A stretch of 64,000 nucleotides of DNA from Octopus sinensis (Eukaryota): the NCBI RefSeq assembly GCF_006345805.1, contig NC_042999.1:22072001-22136000 (forward strand). Direction: 5' to 3'. The notes under the pieces are model-generated. The model was not told the DNA's origin. It did not search any database and worked only from the letters and a program-made list of their open reading frames with translations. Shown one piece after another: positions 51,362 to 64,000 of the stretch (its first letter is position 1; every line of letters begins with the position of its first letter). The translations under genes and the position numbers were made by a program.

Positions 51362-52519
51362 ATATATATATATATATATATAAATATAAATTTACAGACA
51401 AAATTTTCAATCTTCGGATTTTTTAAAAATATGCTAAGCCACTGGTTTTAATTGATAAGTATCAATTTCTACCCTTATTTAATTTCAAATATATATATAT
51501 ACATCGGTCTTCCATTGCTTCTGTCTACCTAATTCATTCAGAAGTCATCGCTCGGTCCGGTACGATGCTAGATTAGAAGTGGTGTGGGATTGAACCCCAA
51601 GCCATGTGATTGCAAAGCGAGAACTTTTTAACCGTACAGCAATGCCTAATCGACCCAATTTAGCAGAAGCTGTATCGTTCGTCATTTGGAATAAGAGAGA
51701 AAGCGAAATGATAAATGAAGTGTATTATTTTACAACAGATTCCATCTATTTTCACACAGTAAAATTAAAAGCATGCAATATGGTAATAAAACAGTTGTTG
51801 ATAATGTGAGCAATGACATTTTTCTTGTGATTAAGTCGCATGGTCGGTTGTTTACATAGATTGTATTTGATTCAAGTTAGGAGGGAATGATTGATGAGTT
51901 TCCCAGGGAAGCAGTTAGTCCAGGAGAGCACGGATTAAGGTTAAAATTAGTGCAATGCTCAGAACTAGTGACCTTGCTGGATGAAGATCATCTGTTGCTT
52001 AACTGTTGCTTAACATGTAGAAGAATGGGTTAAAGCCTATATGCGGGGATTGTGATGATGTTGGATGCAAATATAAGCTAAAAATGTGTTGTTTGTCTCA
52101 AAATGAAAGCTTACTGAAATAGTTACATCAAGGGGACTGATGATCCTGCCACAAATATAAGTAGAGTTTGAAGACTATTTTATATACGAAGCTACCCTCG
52201 CGTCCTAGATGTTCATGTTTCAGTGGTTGTTACGGTTGCTTATTCTAAGAGGCCGATAGAATAAGTACCAAACTTTAAAAGAAAACTAAATACCGAAGTC
52301 GATTTATTCTACTAAGACGTTTCAAATAAATGCCCCAGCATGGCTGCAACCCCATGACAAAAGCAAGAAAAAAAGATAAGGGATTGTTTACAACTCTTTA
52401 GCTGTTTACTGGTCTTGAGCAATTCAATGAAAGAATAATTATATTTTGACATTCACAAAAAAATCTTTGCCCGTATTTTTCGCGAGTATGTCCAAATAAA
52501 TGGATTTTACTATTGGTTA

Positions 52520-53480
52520 CGATGTGTAGATTACTACATATGTAAGATTTGTTTTTCGTCTGTACAATTGTAGTGTAACCACGGACTAATAACTTTGATA
52601 TTGTTGATGTATATGTTTTGTATGTGTGAAGAGTGTAACGATGCATTCTCTAAGGTATTGTTAACTGTAGCCTTCATAGTTTTGTTGTATGGATTTAAAG
52701 ATAAAGAACATTTCTATTAAGCATAAATTTGATATATCTCCGACACGTTAACTAACATGAATTAAGAGTGGATTAGGTCGGAGGATGGTGAGTTTTGCGG
52801 GAAGTAATGAAGGGGGGCGGTGAATTTCTTGATTAACTGGTGTTCATAAAATCTAGCTAGGGAAAGATTTTGGAATTTAGGCAAATCAGTCTTAAGTACG
52901 AGTGACTAGATGTCAATTCCTGTAAAGGTATACTATTTTGTTATCGAGGCAAGAGATATCTGCAATCAGGAGAAAAAGGTATTTGAGAGTATCCAAGTTA
53001 AATAGAAGGGGGATGAGAGAGAGATGGATGCAGAGATAGATGGATGAGGAGAGAGATGGATGAAGAGAGAGAGAGAGAGAGGGAGGGACGAGAAGGGATT
53101 TACGCTGATGTGCTTAATGTAGAAGAAGAGATAGATCTATAGAACGCTAAATAATTGATATTATCATGTCGTTTATGTTGACTCTACATACTCCTACAGA
53201 GATTGGTTGTGGATCTCATCAATCATAAGTCATTACTTTTTACCATATTTCATTTCTTCTTCTTCCCAGTATATCATTTGAATTATTGAGAAAGGAATAA
53301 ATGTCATAGTCTCCTAACACCTTCAGATTTTAAACATTTTCCTTGCGTATGTGGAAGAAAATTATTCAATGTGTAGATTAGGAAAAAGAGAAAAAAAAAC
53401 TGTTCTGAACCGTGGTTGTAACCTTGTTTCGATCACTATTCAAATCGATTCTTTCGCCATGTCATAAGAATCATTGCGAA
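52520..53480 (-). mobile_element. Possible heavily decayed retroelement (Penelope-like RT) remnant
   Basis: Faint similarity only (SCLDNKIVYLYR, KLLVRGY); many stops. Confidence 0.2.
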
Positions 53481-55360
53481 AAGCCAAATACCACGTACAA
53501 TTTCATTTGAAATGGTTGATAAATAGGAAGTTTTCTGCAGAAGGTAGTGATCAATATTCGCCATTTTATTATGCTGCTTCTTATTCTTGTTGTTCTGACG
53601 AGTCTCATAAAGAAAGAATAATTCTGACAAAAGCGAGGTATTGGCTGAATCTTCGGTGCGTCTGACAAAATATTTTGTTGCTTCACTCTGGGTTGATTTT
53701 TGCTTCTTAACCTTTTGGGGTCGATGAAGTAAAGTGCCAATAAGTACTGAGGACCAATTTGATTAAATGTAACCTTCACCTACTCCAAAATATAAAAACA
53801 CGCTTCTGTGCTTACATTAGAATTCAAATATTTTGAACAACGTAAGCAGGTGGAAAAGTATTCGAATATCAGTTGAATATATTGCATAAATTTGATTTCT
53901 TAACAATCAGAACATCTTTCATCTCTTTCGGAGCATTCGCGGCATCAAACTTCGTAAGGTAAATCAATATTCCGCAACAGTATTGTAATGGTCTTCCTTC
54001 TCAAATAGTATACACTACTGGCTCGTGATTTCAAATCTATTGCGGCTGCTTCGAAGAAAAGAGAGCATTTCCTGAGACGTCAGAACACACGATCTTTCGC
54101 TGTTTTCTTTTAACAGTTCTGCCTGTGCAGATCATCACCAGTTTCCGAAGTACCAATAAAACAGCGTTTACGGCGTGAAGCTAAATATACCCGAAGCATA
54201 TTTCTCATGACAAACTTCTCACTTGAGAACTTTAACGGAAAACACTCAAATCGCGAATCAATTCGAATTAGAACTGTTTTACTATTTCAGTTCGTAATGT
54301 TACAAATATCTATTATTACAACAAACTACTAGCTTTCTATTGTCTAGTTTGGGGGTTTTCTTTCCCTTTAATTCTCTGTTGCTTTAATTCTCTGAACTAT
54401 ATTACTAAAGCTGCATAAATTTCTGCCATGATACATGCCAAAGACTAAAGTTATATCTAGGGAGACATTATTTCTCATCAGCATATAACGTATCAGAAAA
54501 CAACGTTCCGCAACGGGGATGCTGGGAAAGATAATAATTTATGAAATAAGATCTATGAGACTCTCCGTATAAAAATAAAATGGTACGGTCGGTGCTAGCT
54601 TAATTGATGGAGTGGGACAAAAAATTTTAATTAATTAAATAGAATTACACCTGTGATGTGAAGAAATAATCATTAGTTTAATGATTAATTCTGCCCGTGA
54701 AAAGCAAGGAAATAAACCTGAAACTCGATTAATTAAAATTTACTGAAAATACAAATAGAGTATTGCTATTGGAAGCTAAGACTGGTTTTAGAAGTCTAAT
54801 ATGAGCAAATATTTCTACTACATAACAATCACATGGTTACAATTAATTATGATAATAATTTAGGGTTGTCTCCATTGCATATTTTGACCAGAATTAATCA
54901 AAAGGTTCTTGCAATTTTCTCCTCACAACAGGTGTAATTTTATTTACTTAAAATATTTTAATTAAATATGTTTGTATTAACTTTTCCAGGCACCTAACTT
55001 GATTTTGCTTTGACGACCAGGTGTCGTTCCTGTTCTTTGACCTTTGATCGTGTTTCTTGCTCTATATTGATAAAAGGATCACTTAAAACCCCAATCTATT
55101 GGCTTTTTATTTTCCTCTTTTAGGCATACAATTCACTGCGCACAACACTTGTTATTTATGTTGTGTGTGTGTGTTTACATTTGCCCATCACTTTTCTAGT
55201 TTTTGCCTGACTCTTGTAACCTCTCACCTTGTCCGTATGTCCGTCTTTAATTACTCCACTTACATTTATAGTATTTTACATATTAAATATAGTAAAGTGA
55301 TTTTAAGTCATACATAGAGATGGTATTTTGCCCCAATGTCTCCCATATGGAGATGTAGTC

Positions 55361-55740
55361 TTTCTTCTTCTTCTTCTTACAGAATTCACCTAAGGTGGGT
55401 TGAGCTGGCTTCATTCATCCTCAATGCTGCATCTCTCACAAATGCCGACCAGGCCTGGCGATTTGAGGCTAACGACCGCGTGATCTCCAACCGCTCCTTA
55501 TTCCAGCGGCGAACGCCGTAGATATGGGGGCCTAGGTTGGGTTCCAGATCAGCCTTGACAGTCATCAGCCAGGTTTTTCGTTGTCCACCACATCGCTTTC
55601 GCCAACCCTGAAGGGGAGCTGGGGTAATTGCTTCGTAGATGAATTCTCCTGGTTGACGACGGAGGGCATGAGCCAGCCAACGCAAACGTCTCGGTAGTCG
55701 TTAAAGGTTATCTCCAATCGTCTAATGCAATCAATCATCA
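55361..55740 (-). mobile_element. RTE-clade LINE 3' end with (GAA)n tail
   Basis: RWLAHALRR...GGQRKTWLMTVKADL...LASNRQAWSAFV ending at a stop, followed by (aga)n. Confidence 0.85.
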
Positions 55741-56537
55741 TTTCTACAACGAACAGCACTATAACACAACCATAACTATACACTAAGTGTGATAAACAGA
55801 GCAGGACATAACTGAAAGCATAAAATTCCTCGCAAAATCGTCTCAAATTACCAAACTTATGAACAAAGTATGCCATATTATCTTCTTTTATCAAAACTTA
55901 CATGACAAATTACACGTAAGAAAATATTTTGTATTCAGAATGTATCTTTTATTTTCCTTTCAGGTAGCGTTTTTCATATGTTGAAATAATAGTACCACGT
56001 CACGTAACCCTACTCTATTATATAATTTTTTGATCATACCATACGAGTTGAGATAATTGGTTTACCAGTTGCAAAAGGAATTTTATCTACCTTTGTTTAG
56101 TGGTGAATTAAGCATTCTTCCGTGAAATGATCACACAAAATTTCAAAAGAAAATGAACCTCATCTATTTTGTGACAACGACCCAAATACTGAATATGAAC
56201 AACTCCGGTTTCATTTCAATACGGGAATAATTGTTTCAAGTAAAATACACAGAACATTAAAAAAATTCGAAAAGATACTTACTTTATTTGTTTGGCACAA
56301 AAGTAAAATAAATAGAGCCAAAAATCTAATAACTTGACCTTCTTCTTGCCTATTTGAAGTCTGTTGTGTCCATAAAAAATTGATTAGTTGAAATTTCTTT
56401 TTTCCCTGGCTTCAAACAGTAAGGTGAATATAACATTGTGACTTTCATGACTATGTGTGAACATTATCGACGTAGATAAGTAGCTAGCTCGTGCATCCCA
56501 AGCTCTTCTAAGTTTGAACCAGACTCTAAGAGGGAAT

Positions 56538-56588
<51 letters not shown>

Positions 56589-56591
<3 letters not shown>

Positions 56592-56814
56592 TTCTTTACT
56601 GCCCACAAGGAGCTAAACATAGAGGGGACAAACAAAGGCAGACAAACGGATTAAGTCGATTACATCGACCCCAGTACGAAACTGGTACCATATTTATCAA
56701 CCCCGAAACGATGAAAGGCAAAGTCGACCTCGGCGGAATTTGAACTCAGAACGTAACGGCAGACGAAATACGGCTACGCACTTCGCCCGGCGTGCTAACG
56801 CCTCTGCCAGCTCG
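56589..56814 (-). mobile_element. SINE family A, full-length
   Basis: Reverse complement of the family A consensus. Confidence 0.92.
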
Positions 56815-57069
56815 TATATATATGTAGACAAGGTAGAAAATATTAAAATAATTTTATCATGAACTATATTTTAGTACCTGTTTCCATCGTTTAGACTTTT
56901 TCTACTAAGAGTAAACTAACAAAAATAATTAAATTGAATAAAAATTAAGTGAATTTACATCCTTTGTAAATATTTTCATAGTCTTCAGATAGCCTCTCTT
57001 TCTCTCTCTCCTTCTCCCTCTCTCCCTCTCCCCCTCTCTCTCTCTCTCTCTTCCTTTGTGAATGCTTGC

Positions 57070-57110
57070 TAGGTAGTTAGGTAGGTAGGTAGGTTGGTAG
57101 GTAGGTAGTA
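57070..57110. repeat. (AGGT)n microsatellite
   Basis: Directly visible. Confidence 0.9.
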
Positions 57111-57194
57111 GTAAATTTGAATGGAAAGTTTATGAGTGCAGGGAATTGATGGTTTAAGCAGAAATAGCCGAGAGAGGAGGAGAAGAAGAATGGT

Positions 57195-57322
57195 TCCGGG
57201 TTCAGTGCCACTACCTGGCACCTTGGGCAAGTTTCTTCTAATATAGCCTCGGGCCAACCAAAGCCTTGTGAGTGGATTTGGTAGACAGAAACTGAAAGAA
57301 GCCCGTCGTATATTGTGTAAAT

Positions 57323-57402
<80 letters not shown>

Positions 57403-57623
57403 ATATGTGTGTGTGTATTTTATGTGTCCTGTGCTTGTCCCCCACCAACATCGCTTGACAACCGATGTTGGTGTGTTTACGTCCCCGTAACTTAGCGGTT
57501 CGGCAAAATAGACCAATAGAATATAAGTACTAGTCTTACAAAAAATACGTCCTGGGCTCGATTTGTTCGACTAAAGGCAGTGCTCCAGCATGGCCACAGT
57601 TAAATGACTGAAACAAGTAAAAG
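57195..57623 (+). mobile_element. SINE family B, 5'-truncated
   Basis: ggttccgggttcagtgccac through tail aaaggcagtgctccagcatggccacagttaaatgactgaaacaagtaaaa. Confidence 0.9.
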
Positions 57624-58544
57624 GGTATAGTTTTGTATTTTCCTCCTCTTGTCGCTAGTGCTTTAGATAAAAAAAGTCATGATATTAGTAAACTACGATC
57701 ATAGCCCTCACTTCAATTACCGATTTAGATTGATTTATTTTGCTCTCTGCCATCCGCTAATAGTTTTGGTAAGGTATGAGAGCCACAGCATCGAATATCA
57801 GCTGTTTTTTAAAGTAAATACTCCCAGCTTAATCGAAATAAATAATTATACTGTAGCGAATTTCGTTGACAGTCTGTTTACGAAGAATAATCAAAATAAT
57901 TAGATATTTGGTAAAGATTTTAGATAAAATACGTGAACTATTTGGCCAAATGACAATATGAAAGAAAAGATAGTTTGTTTTTGTCTACAGAATATCTTTG
58001 CTTTACCAATTTCTCTTCTACTTGCTCCGATGTGATTTGACAATATCGAGTTTTGGTGGGGTTTTTTTTTTTTTATTAGATACATAGTTGATTTTTATAA
58101 TCTTTTTCTCTCTGTGTATTTGTTTATTTAGATATTTATTTGTAAATACCAGATAGAGTCGATTGAATCAAGTTGAAAATTTCTTTATTTTTATCGACCT
58201 ACAACTCTTAAAAGGCGAAATCGAACCCGGCGGTGTTTTAAACAAGCATCTACAGTGATAAGATTAAATGAATTAAGGTATTTAATCAATTGATCTACTA
58301 TTTCAAACAGACCATAGCATAGAAGACTATAGAATTTCGAAATTATACTTTAGTTATGTTAGAATTATAGAGGAGGAGAGAGGCTCCTGTACATAAGTCT
58401 GAATGAAACCGTACATCACCATGATTATTACTTTATCGTTTCACTTTATTACAGCATTTTAGCATCACCACCTTTATTTAAATCCACATCACCATCACTA
58501 ACAATATTAAATCTACATCAATATCACCGTCAATGTATGAACAT

Positions 58545-58870
58545 TCGATTCCCAGACCGGGCGTTGTGAGTGTTTATTGAGCGAAAACACTTAAAGCTCC
58601 ACGAGGCTCCAGCAGGTAATAGTGGTGATCCCTGCTGTACTCTTTCACCACAACTTTCTCTCACTCTTACTTCCTGTTTCTGTTGTACCTGTATTTCAAA
58701 GGGCCGGCCTTGTCACTCTCTGTGTCACACTGAATATCCCCGAGAACTACGTTAAGGGGTACACGTGTCTGTGGAATGCTCAGCCACTTACACGTTAATT
58801 TCACGAGCAGGCTGTTCCGTTGATCGGATCAGCCGGAACCCTCGTCGTCGTAACCGACGGAGTGCTTCCT
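58545..58870 (+). mobile_element. SINE with family D 5' half and family C 3' half
   Basis: 58545-58690 matches 27930-28065; 58690-58870 matches 14475-14636. Confidence 0.8.
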
Positions 58871-59060
58871 TTCCTTGTATGAACAACCACCAATATTAGA
58901 CCTATATAAGCACGATCAATATTATACCTATACAGCCATCAATATAAAATGAATATTATCACCATGAACATGAGTCCTATTTCGACAACACCGATGTTAA
59001 ACCTATCTCAGCATCACCGCCAATGTTTAAATCTGTATCAACATTACGGAAATATTAAAC

Positions 59061-59560
59061 TGGGAAAGCCGGAAGAATCGTTAGCACGCCGGGGAAAATG
59101 CTAACCGGCATTTCGTCTGTCTTTATGTTCTGAGTTCAAATTCCGCCGAGGTCGACTTTGCCTTTCATCGTTTCGGGGTCGATTAAATAAGTACCAGTTA
59201 CGCACTGAGGTCGATGTAATCGACTTAATCCGTTTGTCTGTCCTTGTTTGTCCCCTCTATGTTTAGCCCCTTGTGGGCAGTAAAGAAATAGATATTTCGT
59301 CTGTGTTTATATTCTGAGTTCAAATTCCGCCGAGGTCGACTTTGCCTTTCATCCTTTCGGGGTCGATAAATTAAGTACCAGTTACGCACTGGGATCGATA
59401 TAATCGACTTAATCCGTTTGTCTGTCCTTGTTTGTCCTCTCTGTGTTTAGCCCCTTGTGGGTAGTAAATAAATAAGCATTTCGTCCGTCCTTACGTTCTG
59501 AGTTCAAATTCCGCTCAGGTGAACTCTGCCTTTCATCCTTTCAGAGTCGATAAATTTTAA
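59061..59560 (+). mobile_element. SINE family A tandem array (about 2.5 units)
   Basis: Junctions near 59291 and 59476. Confidence 0.92.
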
Positions 59561-59844
59561 AAAATCGTTCCTGAACTGTGGTCGATATAATTGGCTCCCC
59601 ACCGCCACCCTGAAATTGCCATCCTTGCACCAAAATTTCTAAACGATATTTTATTAAACCCTGTGTAGTTATCTGGGAGACGCAACGAAACGGAACTAGA
59701 TAATACAATAACTCTTCTGAAATATGGAGCAATAGATGCTTGACGAATTAAGGGTCCATTAAAAAATACACATGGAAGATCAGAGAGAGGATTTTAATTT
59801 TAAAAAACTATTAGATTAGATTGTAATGCATTATCTTACTCATT

Positions 59845-60240
59845 GGTAAAGTGGTGAGCTGGCAGAATCGTTAGCACGCCAGGTGAAATGCTTAGCAGTA
59901 TTTCGCCCGTCGCTAAGTTCTTGATTTAAATCCTGCCGAGGTCAACTTTGCCTTTCATCCTTCATGGTTGATAAATTAAGAACCAGTTAAGCACTAGAGT
60001 CGATGTAATCGACAAGTCCCTCCTCCAAATTTCAGGCCTTGTACCTATAATAGAAAGGTGGCTAGCTGGCAGAATCTTTACTATACCGGACAAAATCTTT
60101 AATGACATTTCGTCTGTGTTTACATTCAGAGTTCAAATTCCACCGAAATCAACTTTGACTTTCATCCTTTCGAGGTGGATAAAATACCTTACCCCCTCCC
60201 TCGAAATTGCTGGCCTTGTGCCAAAATTTGAAATCAATAT
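59845..60240 (+). mobile_element. Two further diverged SINE A-type copies
   Basis: Heads gagctggcagaatc at about 59856 and gctagctggcagaatc at about 60060. Confidence 0.8.
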
Positions 60241-61341
60241 CATACTCATTGGCCTCTTTTGCGTGGAATTATACAACTGAGACATTTGTAGCAAATATGA
60301 CGAACATTCGTTTCAGCCGCAGGTTTTATGAGAAATTGCAGGATATGGTGCTCGATACCTAAAATTTATTAAATATGGATGTCTGCAACATATACGAACT
60401 CTCTAAATTCAATGCAGATGGCGGAAGAGAAATTTTGACAATTAATTTAACATCAATAAATTGGCAGGGACTACATCTCATTTTTGCTTATGTCACTTCA
60501 AGCAGGCCTATAACCAAAATTGTTTGAGCTGCAAAAATCCTATCTTTTTTCGGATATTCTATTATCAAAAATATATTATCCAGTGTGCCCTTCTGCTTTT
60601 AGAAGCAGAATGCTGTAATTTGTGTTATATTTGACTGCTATTTACAGCACTTCGAGAGATTGCGTAAAAACCTGCATGTTCGCAGAAGAAAGACTCATTT
60701 GTTGGTTCATGTATTTGATATTCCAAATTGTTTCTGAATAGATTTAAAAGTCGTGAGGAGATGATACTAAATGCTGTAAACACATTTAACTAGGCTCAGG
60801 TCCTTCGTTCTTATTCACTATAACATTGATTTGTCTTGGGTATAAAAAGGACTCATTGCTCCAAAACAAAGGTACACGATGAACTTGAAACCAGATCTTA
60901 ATATTGATGCTTCGATTTACTATCATTGATTGGAAATGATTGAAGCAGCCTGGCAAGCTTGGTTTCCCTCTGTATATTTACCGTAGCCACCCTTATATTG
61001 CCACAGCCTTCAAATTTTGATGATCTAAGAATGTGATAAGTTCCACTTAATGCATTGTATTTAAAGCAAGTTAGCTTAACAGAGCCCACAGCACGTACCT
61101 AACCAATTTAGCCAAAAGCAGAAATCATGTGTGTAAAGAGAATACGAACCAGCGACATTCCGATATACCATCCGGTTTTTCTATCCCGATATTGATCACT
61201 GCAAGCCACATGTTCCACTCTATCTTATTTATTCCTAATGAAACTGTCACATAAACATGTCTGTGTATAACAGTGTTATACATTGTGTATATGTATATAT
61301 ATATACACATATATGTGTGTGCGTCTATGTATGTATATATG

Positions 61342-61400
<59 letters not shown>

Positions 61401-61405
61401 GTATG

Positions 61406-61485
<80 letters not shown>

Positions 61486-61927
61486 GACAGACAGAGAAGT
61501 AGTGAGGTCGATGACCTAAACACGGTTATAGTTGAGACCTATATTTACATAGAGCACAAAATACAGATTGCAAAATAAAATAAAAACAATACAAAACAGA
61601 ATTGCAAACACACACGCACACGCACACACACATGCACACACACACACACATACGCACACACACTCATACACACACGACCACACGCACACACACGACCACA
61701 CGCACACACACGCACGCACACGTACACGCGTACACACACGCACACACACATATACATCCGTGTGTGTGTATGTGTAATCATATACATACACATATACACA
61801 CAGACACACACGATGATATATACATATATCACATATGTATATATGTATGTATTGTATATTATATAACACTATACACATTTGTGTGCAATGCTTATTCACC
61901 AGCACACATACACCCATAAACATGCAC

Positions 61928-61958
<31 letters not shown>

Positions 61959-62844
61959 TCCGTGTGTGTATATGTGTAATCATATATATACACACATACA
62001 TACAAATACATACATACATACATACATACATACACATGAACACACGTCCATACATACAACCCTACATATACATAATTGTATGTTCGCATTTTCCTATGTT
62101 CGCATGTATTCATTGCTAAGAATGTTCCGATCAAAAATAACTAATGACAGCTATGGCCGCGAGTAATTCGTTTTTACAAATTGATATGAACTCGTCAACT
62201 ATCGCAAAGCACATAGTCGGTTAATCTCCACCTCAAATGTTACTATGTTATTGTCGTCAGGATAAAAGTAATAAATATTACTCTATCGTCATTGCTACCA
62301 TCAAACTTGCTGTAGGCATTGTGTCAACCTTAAATATATCTCAAGATGTTGTTACTTCGTTACTTTATCAGTATCTAATTTCTAAATGACAAACACAAGT
62401 TTTGGCAAGTTGTCAGCATACCATGAGGAGAAAATAATAGGTTCATACATAGGCAAGAATCCCAAGATTTTAACCTTTATATTCGTTTTGTTTTGATGTG
62501 TTTTCTGTTCTGGTAATTTTTGAGCGTGTTATTTTTGTTTTTGTTTTGTTTGTTTTTTGCTATCTTTTGATGAGGGGTTTTGTTGGGTTAGCTTTGATTG
62601 TTAAAGACGAAGGAAAATTGTAGCTTTGATTCCATATATCCAAGGACATTTATTAAACGGTGTCAGCTAAAATAGGTTACACCAGGTATCGAATCTGACT
62701 CATACTCTCGATAAAAATATATGATAAATTTACCTACGACAAACATTTGTGCCCCTTGCCGAGGCTGAAAAAAATTACTGTTGTGACTCGTATGCGTGAC
62801 TCAAAAGAAAGTGATGAAACTTATTTTTCTCTTATATTTTATTA

Positions 62845-62851
62845 ACATTTC

Positions 62852-62900
<49 letters not shown>
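62845..62900. repeat. (TAA)n microsatellite at a SINE tail
   Basis: Directly visible. Confidence 0.95.
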
Positions 62901-62902
<2 letters not shown>

Positions 62903-63299
62903 GTTTCAAATTTTGCCACAAGGGCACGACTTCTGTGGCATTTGAAATCAAATCGTAACGACGGACCAAATGTCGCTAAGCATTTTTGTCCGACGTGCTA
63001 ATTATTTTAGCAACTCGCCAATTTCTTGATTCAAAGTTTAGCACAAGATCAGCAGTTTTAATCAGAGGGGGTTAGTCGATAACATCGACAGTACTATCTG
63101 ACTAGTCCTTTTTTTATCGAATCCCGACATAATGTAGAGCACTGGCCTTTTCGGTGGCAGTTGCTTTTATCCCATTTGGGGTTGATAAAATAAGTACCAG
63201 CTGAGTTATATTTCTTTGTCTACACTGATACGTCTCAACCGTCACACATATATAAATTAATATGTATACGAATATATATAATCAGGAGTGTAGTATATT

Positions 63300-64000
63300 T
63301 TCTACTCTAGGCACAAGGCCCTGAATTTTTGCGGTGGGGTAGTCGTTTAGATCGACCAAAGTGCACATTTGGTACTTAATTTAGTGACCAGGAAAAGATA
63401 AAAGTCAAAATCTACCTCGGCGAAATTTGAACTCAGAATATAAACACAGGCGAAATACCAATTTCTTTACTACCCACAAGGGGCTAAACACAGAGGGGAC
63501 AAACAAGGACAGACAAACGGATTAAGTCGATTATATCGACCCCAGTGCGTAACTGGTACTTATTTAATCGACCCCGAAAGGATGAAAGGCAAAGTCGACC
63601 TCGGCGGAATTTGAACTTAGAAGGTAGCGGCAGACGAAATACCTATTTCTTTACTACCCACAAGGGGTTAAACACAGAGGGGACAAACAAGGACAGACAA
63701 ACGGATTAAGTCGATTATATAGTTCCCAGTGCGTAACTGGTAGTTATTTACTCGACCCCGAAGGGATGAAAGGCAAAGTCGACCTCGGCGGGATTTGAAC
63801 TTAGAATGTAGCGGCAGACGAAATACCTATTTCTTTACTACCCACAAGGGGTTAAACATAGAAGGGACAAACAAGGACAGACAAACGGATTAAGTCGATT
63901 ATATCGATCCCAGTGCGTAACTGGTACTTATTTAATCGACCCCGAAAGGATGATAGGCAGAGTCGACCTCCGCGGAATTTGAACTCAGAACGTAACGGCT
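63300..64000 (-). mobile_element. SINE family A tandem array with 184-bp period, running off the window end
   Basis: Unit starts at 63461, 63645 and 63829. Confidence 0.95.

Larger units (their letters stand above)
50605..51648 (-). mobile_element. SINE family B split copy with a PLE-like module in its central microsatellite
   Basis: Tail about 50605-50800; degenerate head about 51500-51648 (gggattgaacccc...ttaaccgtacagc). Confidence 0.65.
50456..52512. repeat. Local inverted duplication; arms about 50456-50725 and 52245-52512
   Basis: Each arm includes unique flank plus part of a SINE B tail; about 85-90% identity by eye. Confidence 0.85.

Noticed and set aside
53595-53625. CTGACGAG-tctcataaa-GAAAG
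   Set aside because: Stem II does not close; no stem I
54117-54335. Good acceptor (ttttcttttaacag) followed by an open frame of about 70 codons
   Set aside because: No strong donor or protein similarity; insufficient without RNA data
61545-62166. Overlapping His/Thr and Cys/Val ORFs
   Set aside because: Compound (CA)n/(TA)n microsatellite with a small local duplication

Overview
Eukaryotic, AT-rich, almost entirely non-coding DNA, probably intronic or intergenic. The extreme (TA)n/(CA)n/(CATA)n load and the SINE families suggest an octopus (cephalopod) genome; this is inferred from recall, not from a database search. No complete host gene is visible, and almost all ORFs in the track come from microsatellites or decayed transposons. 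Recognisable content: dozens of tRNA-derived SINE copies from about four families (here called A-D), mariner/Tc1/pogo remnants, non-autonomous Helitrons, and CR1-group and RTE LINE 3' ends. Four observations stand out. (1) Nine minimal type-I hammerhead-ribozyme (HHR) motifs from six sequence families, mostly in (TA)n-flanked, often fold-back modules typical of Penelope-like elements (PLEs). (2) Three cases where such modules sit inside the internal (TA)n tract of a SINE. (3) An array of exactly 24 x 27 bp bounded by AG and GTAAGT in a symmetric phase-1 frame, a candidate repeat-expanded exon. (4) A SINE tail and a LINE 3' UTR sharing sequence and a covarying terminal stem-loop. Most TE boundaries were read by eye and are approximate (about +/-10-30 bp).
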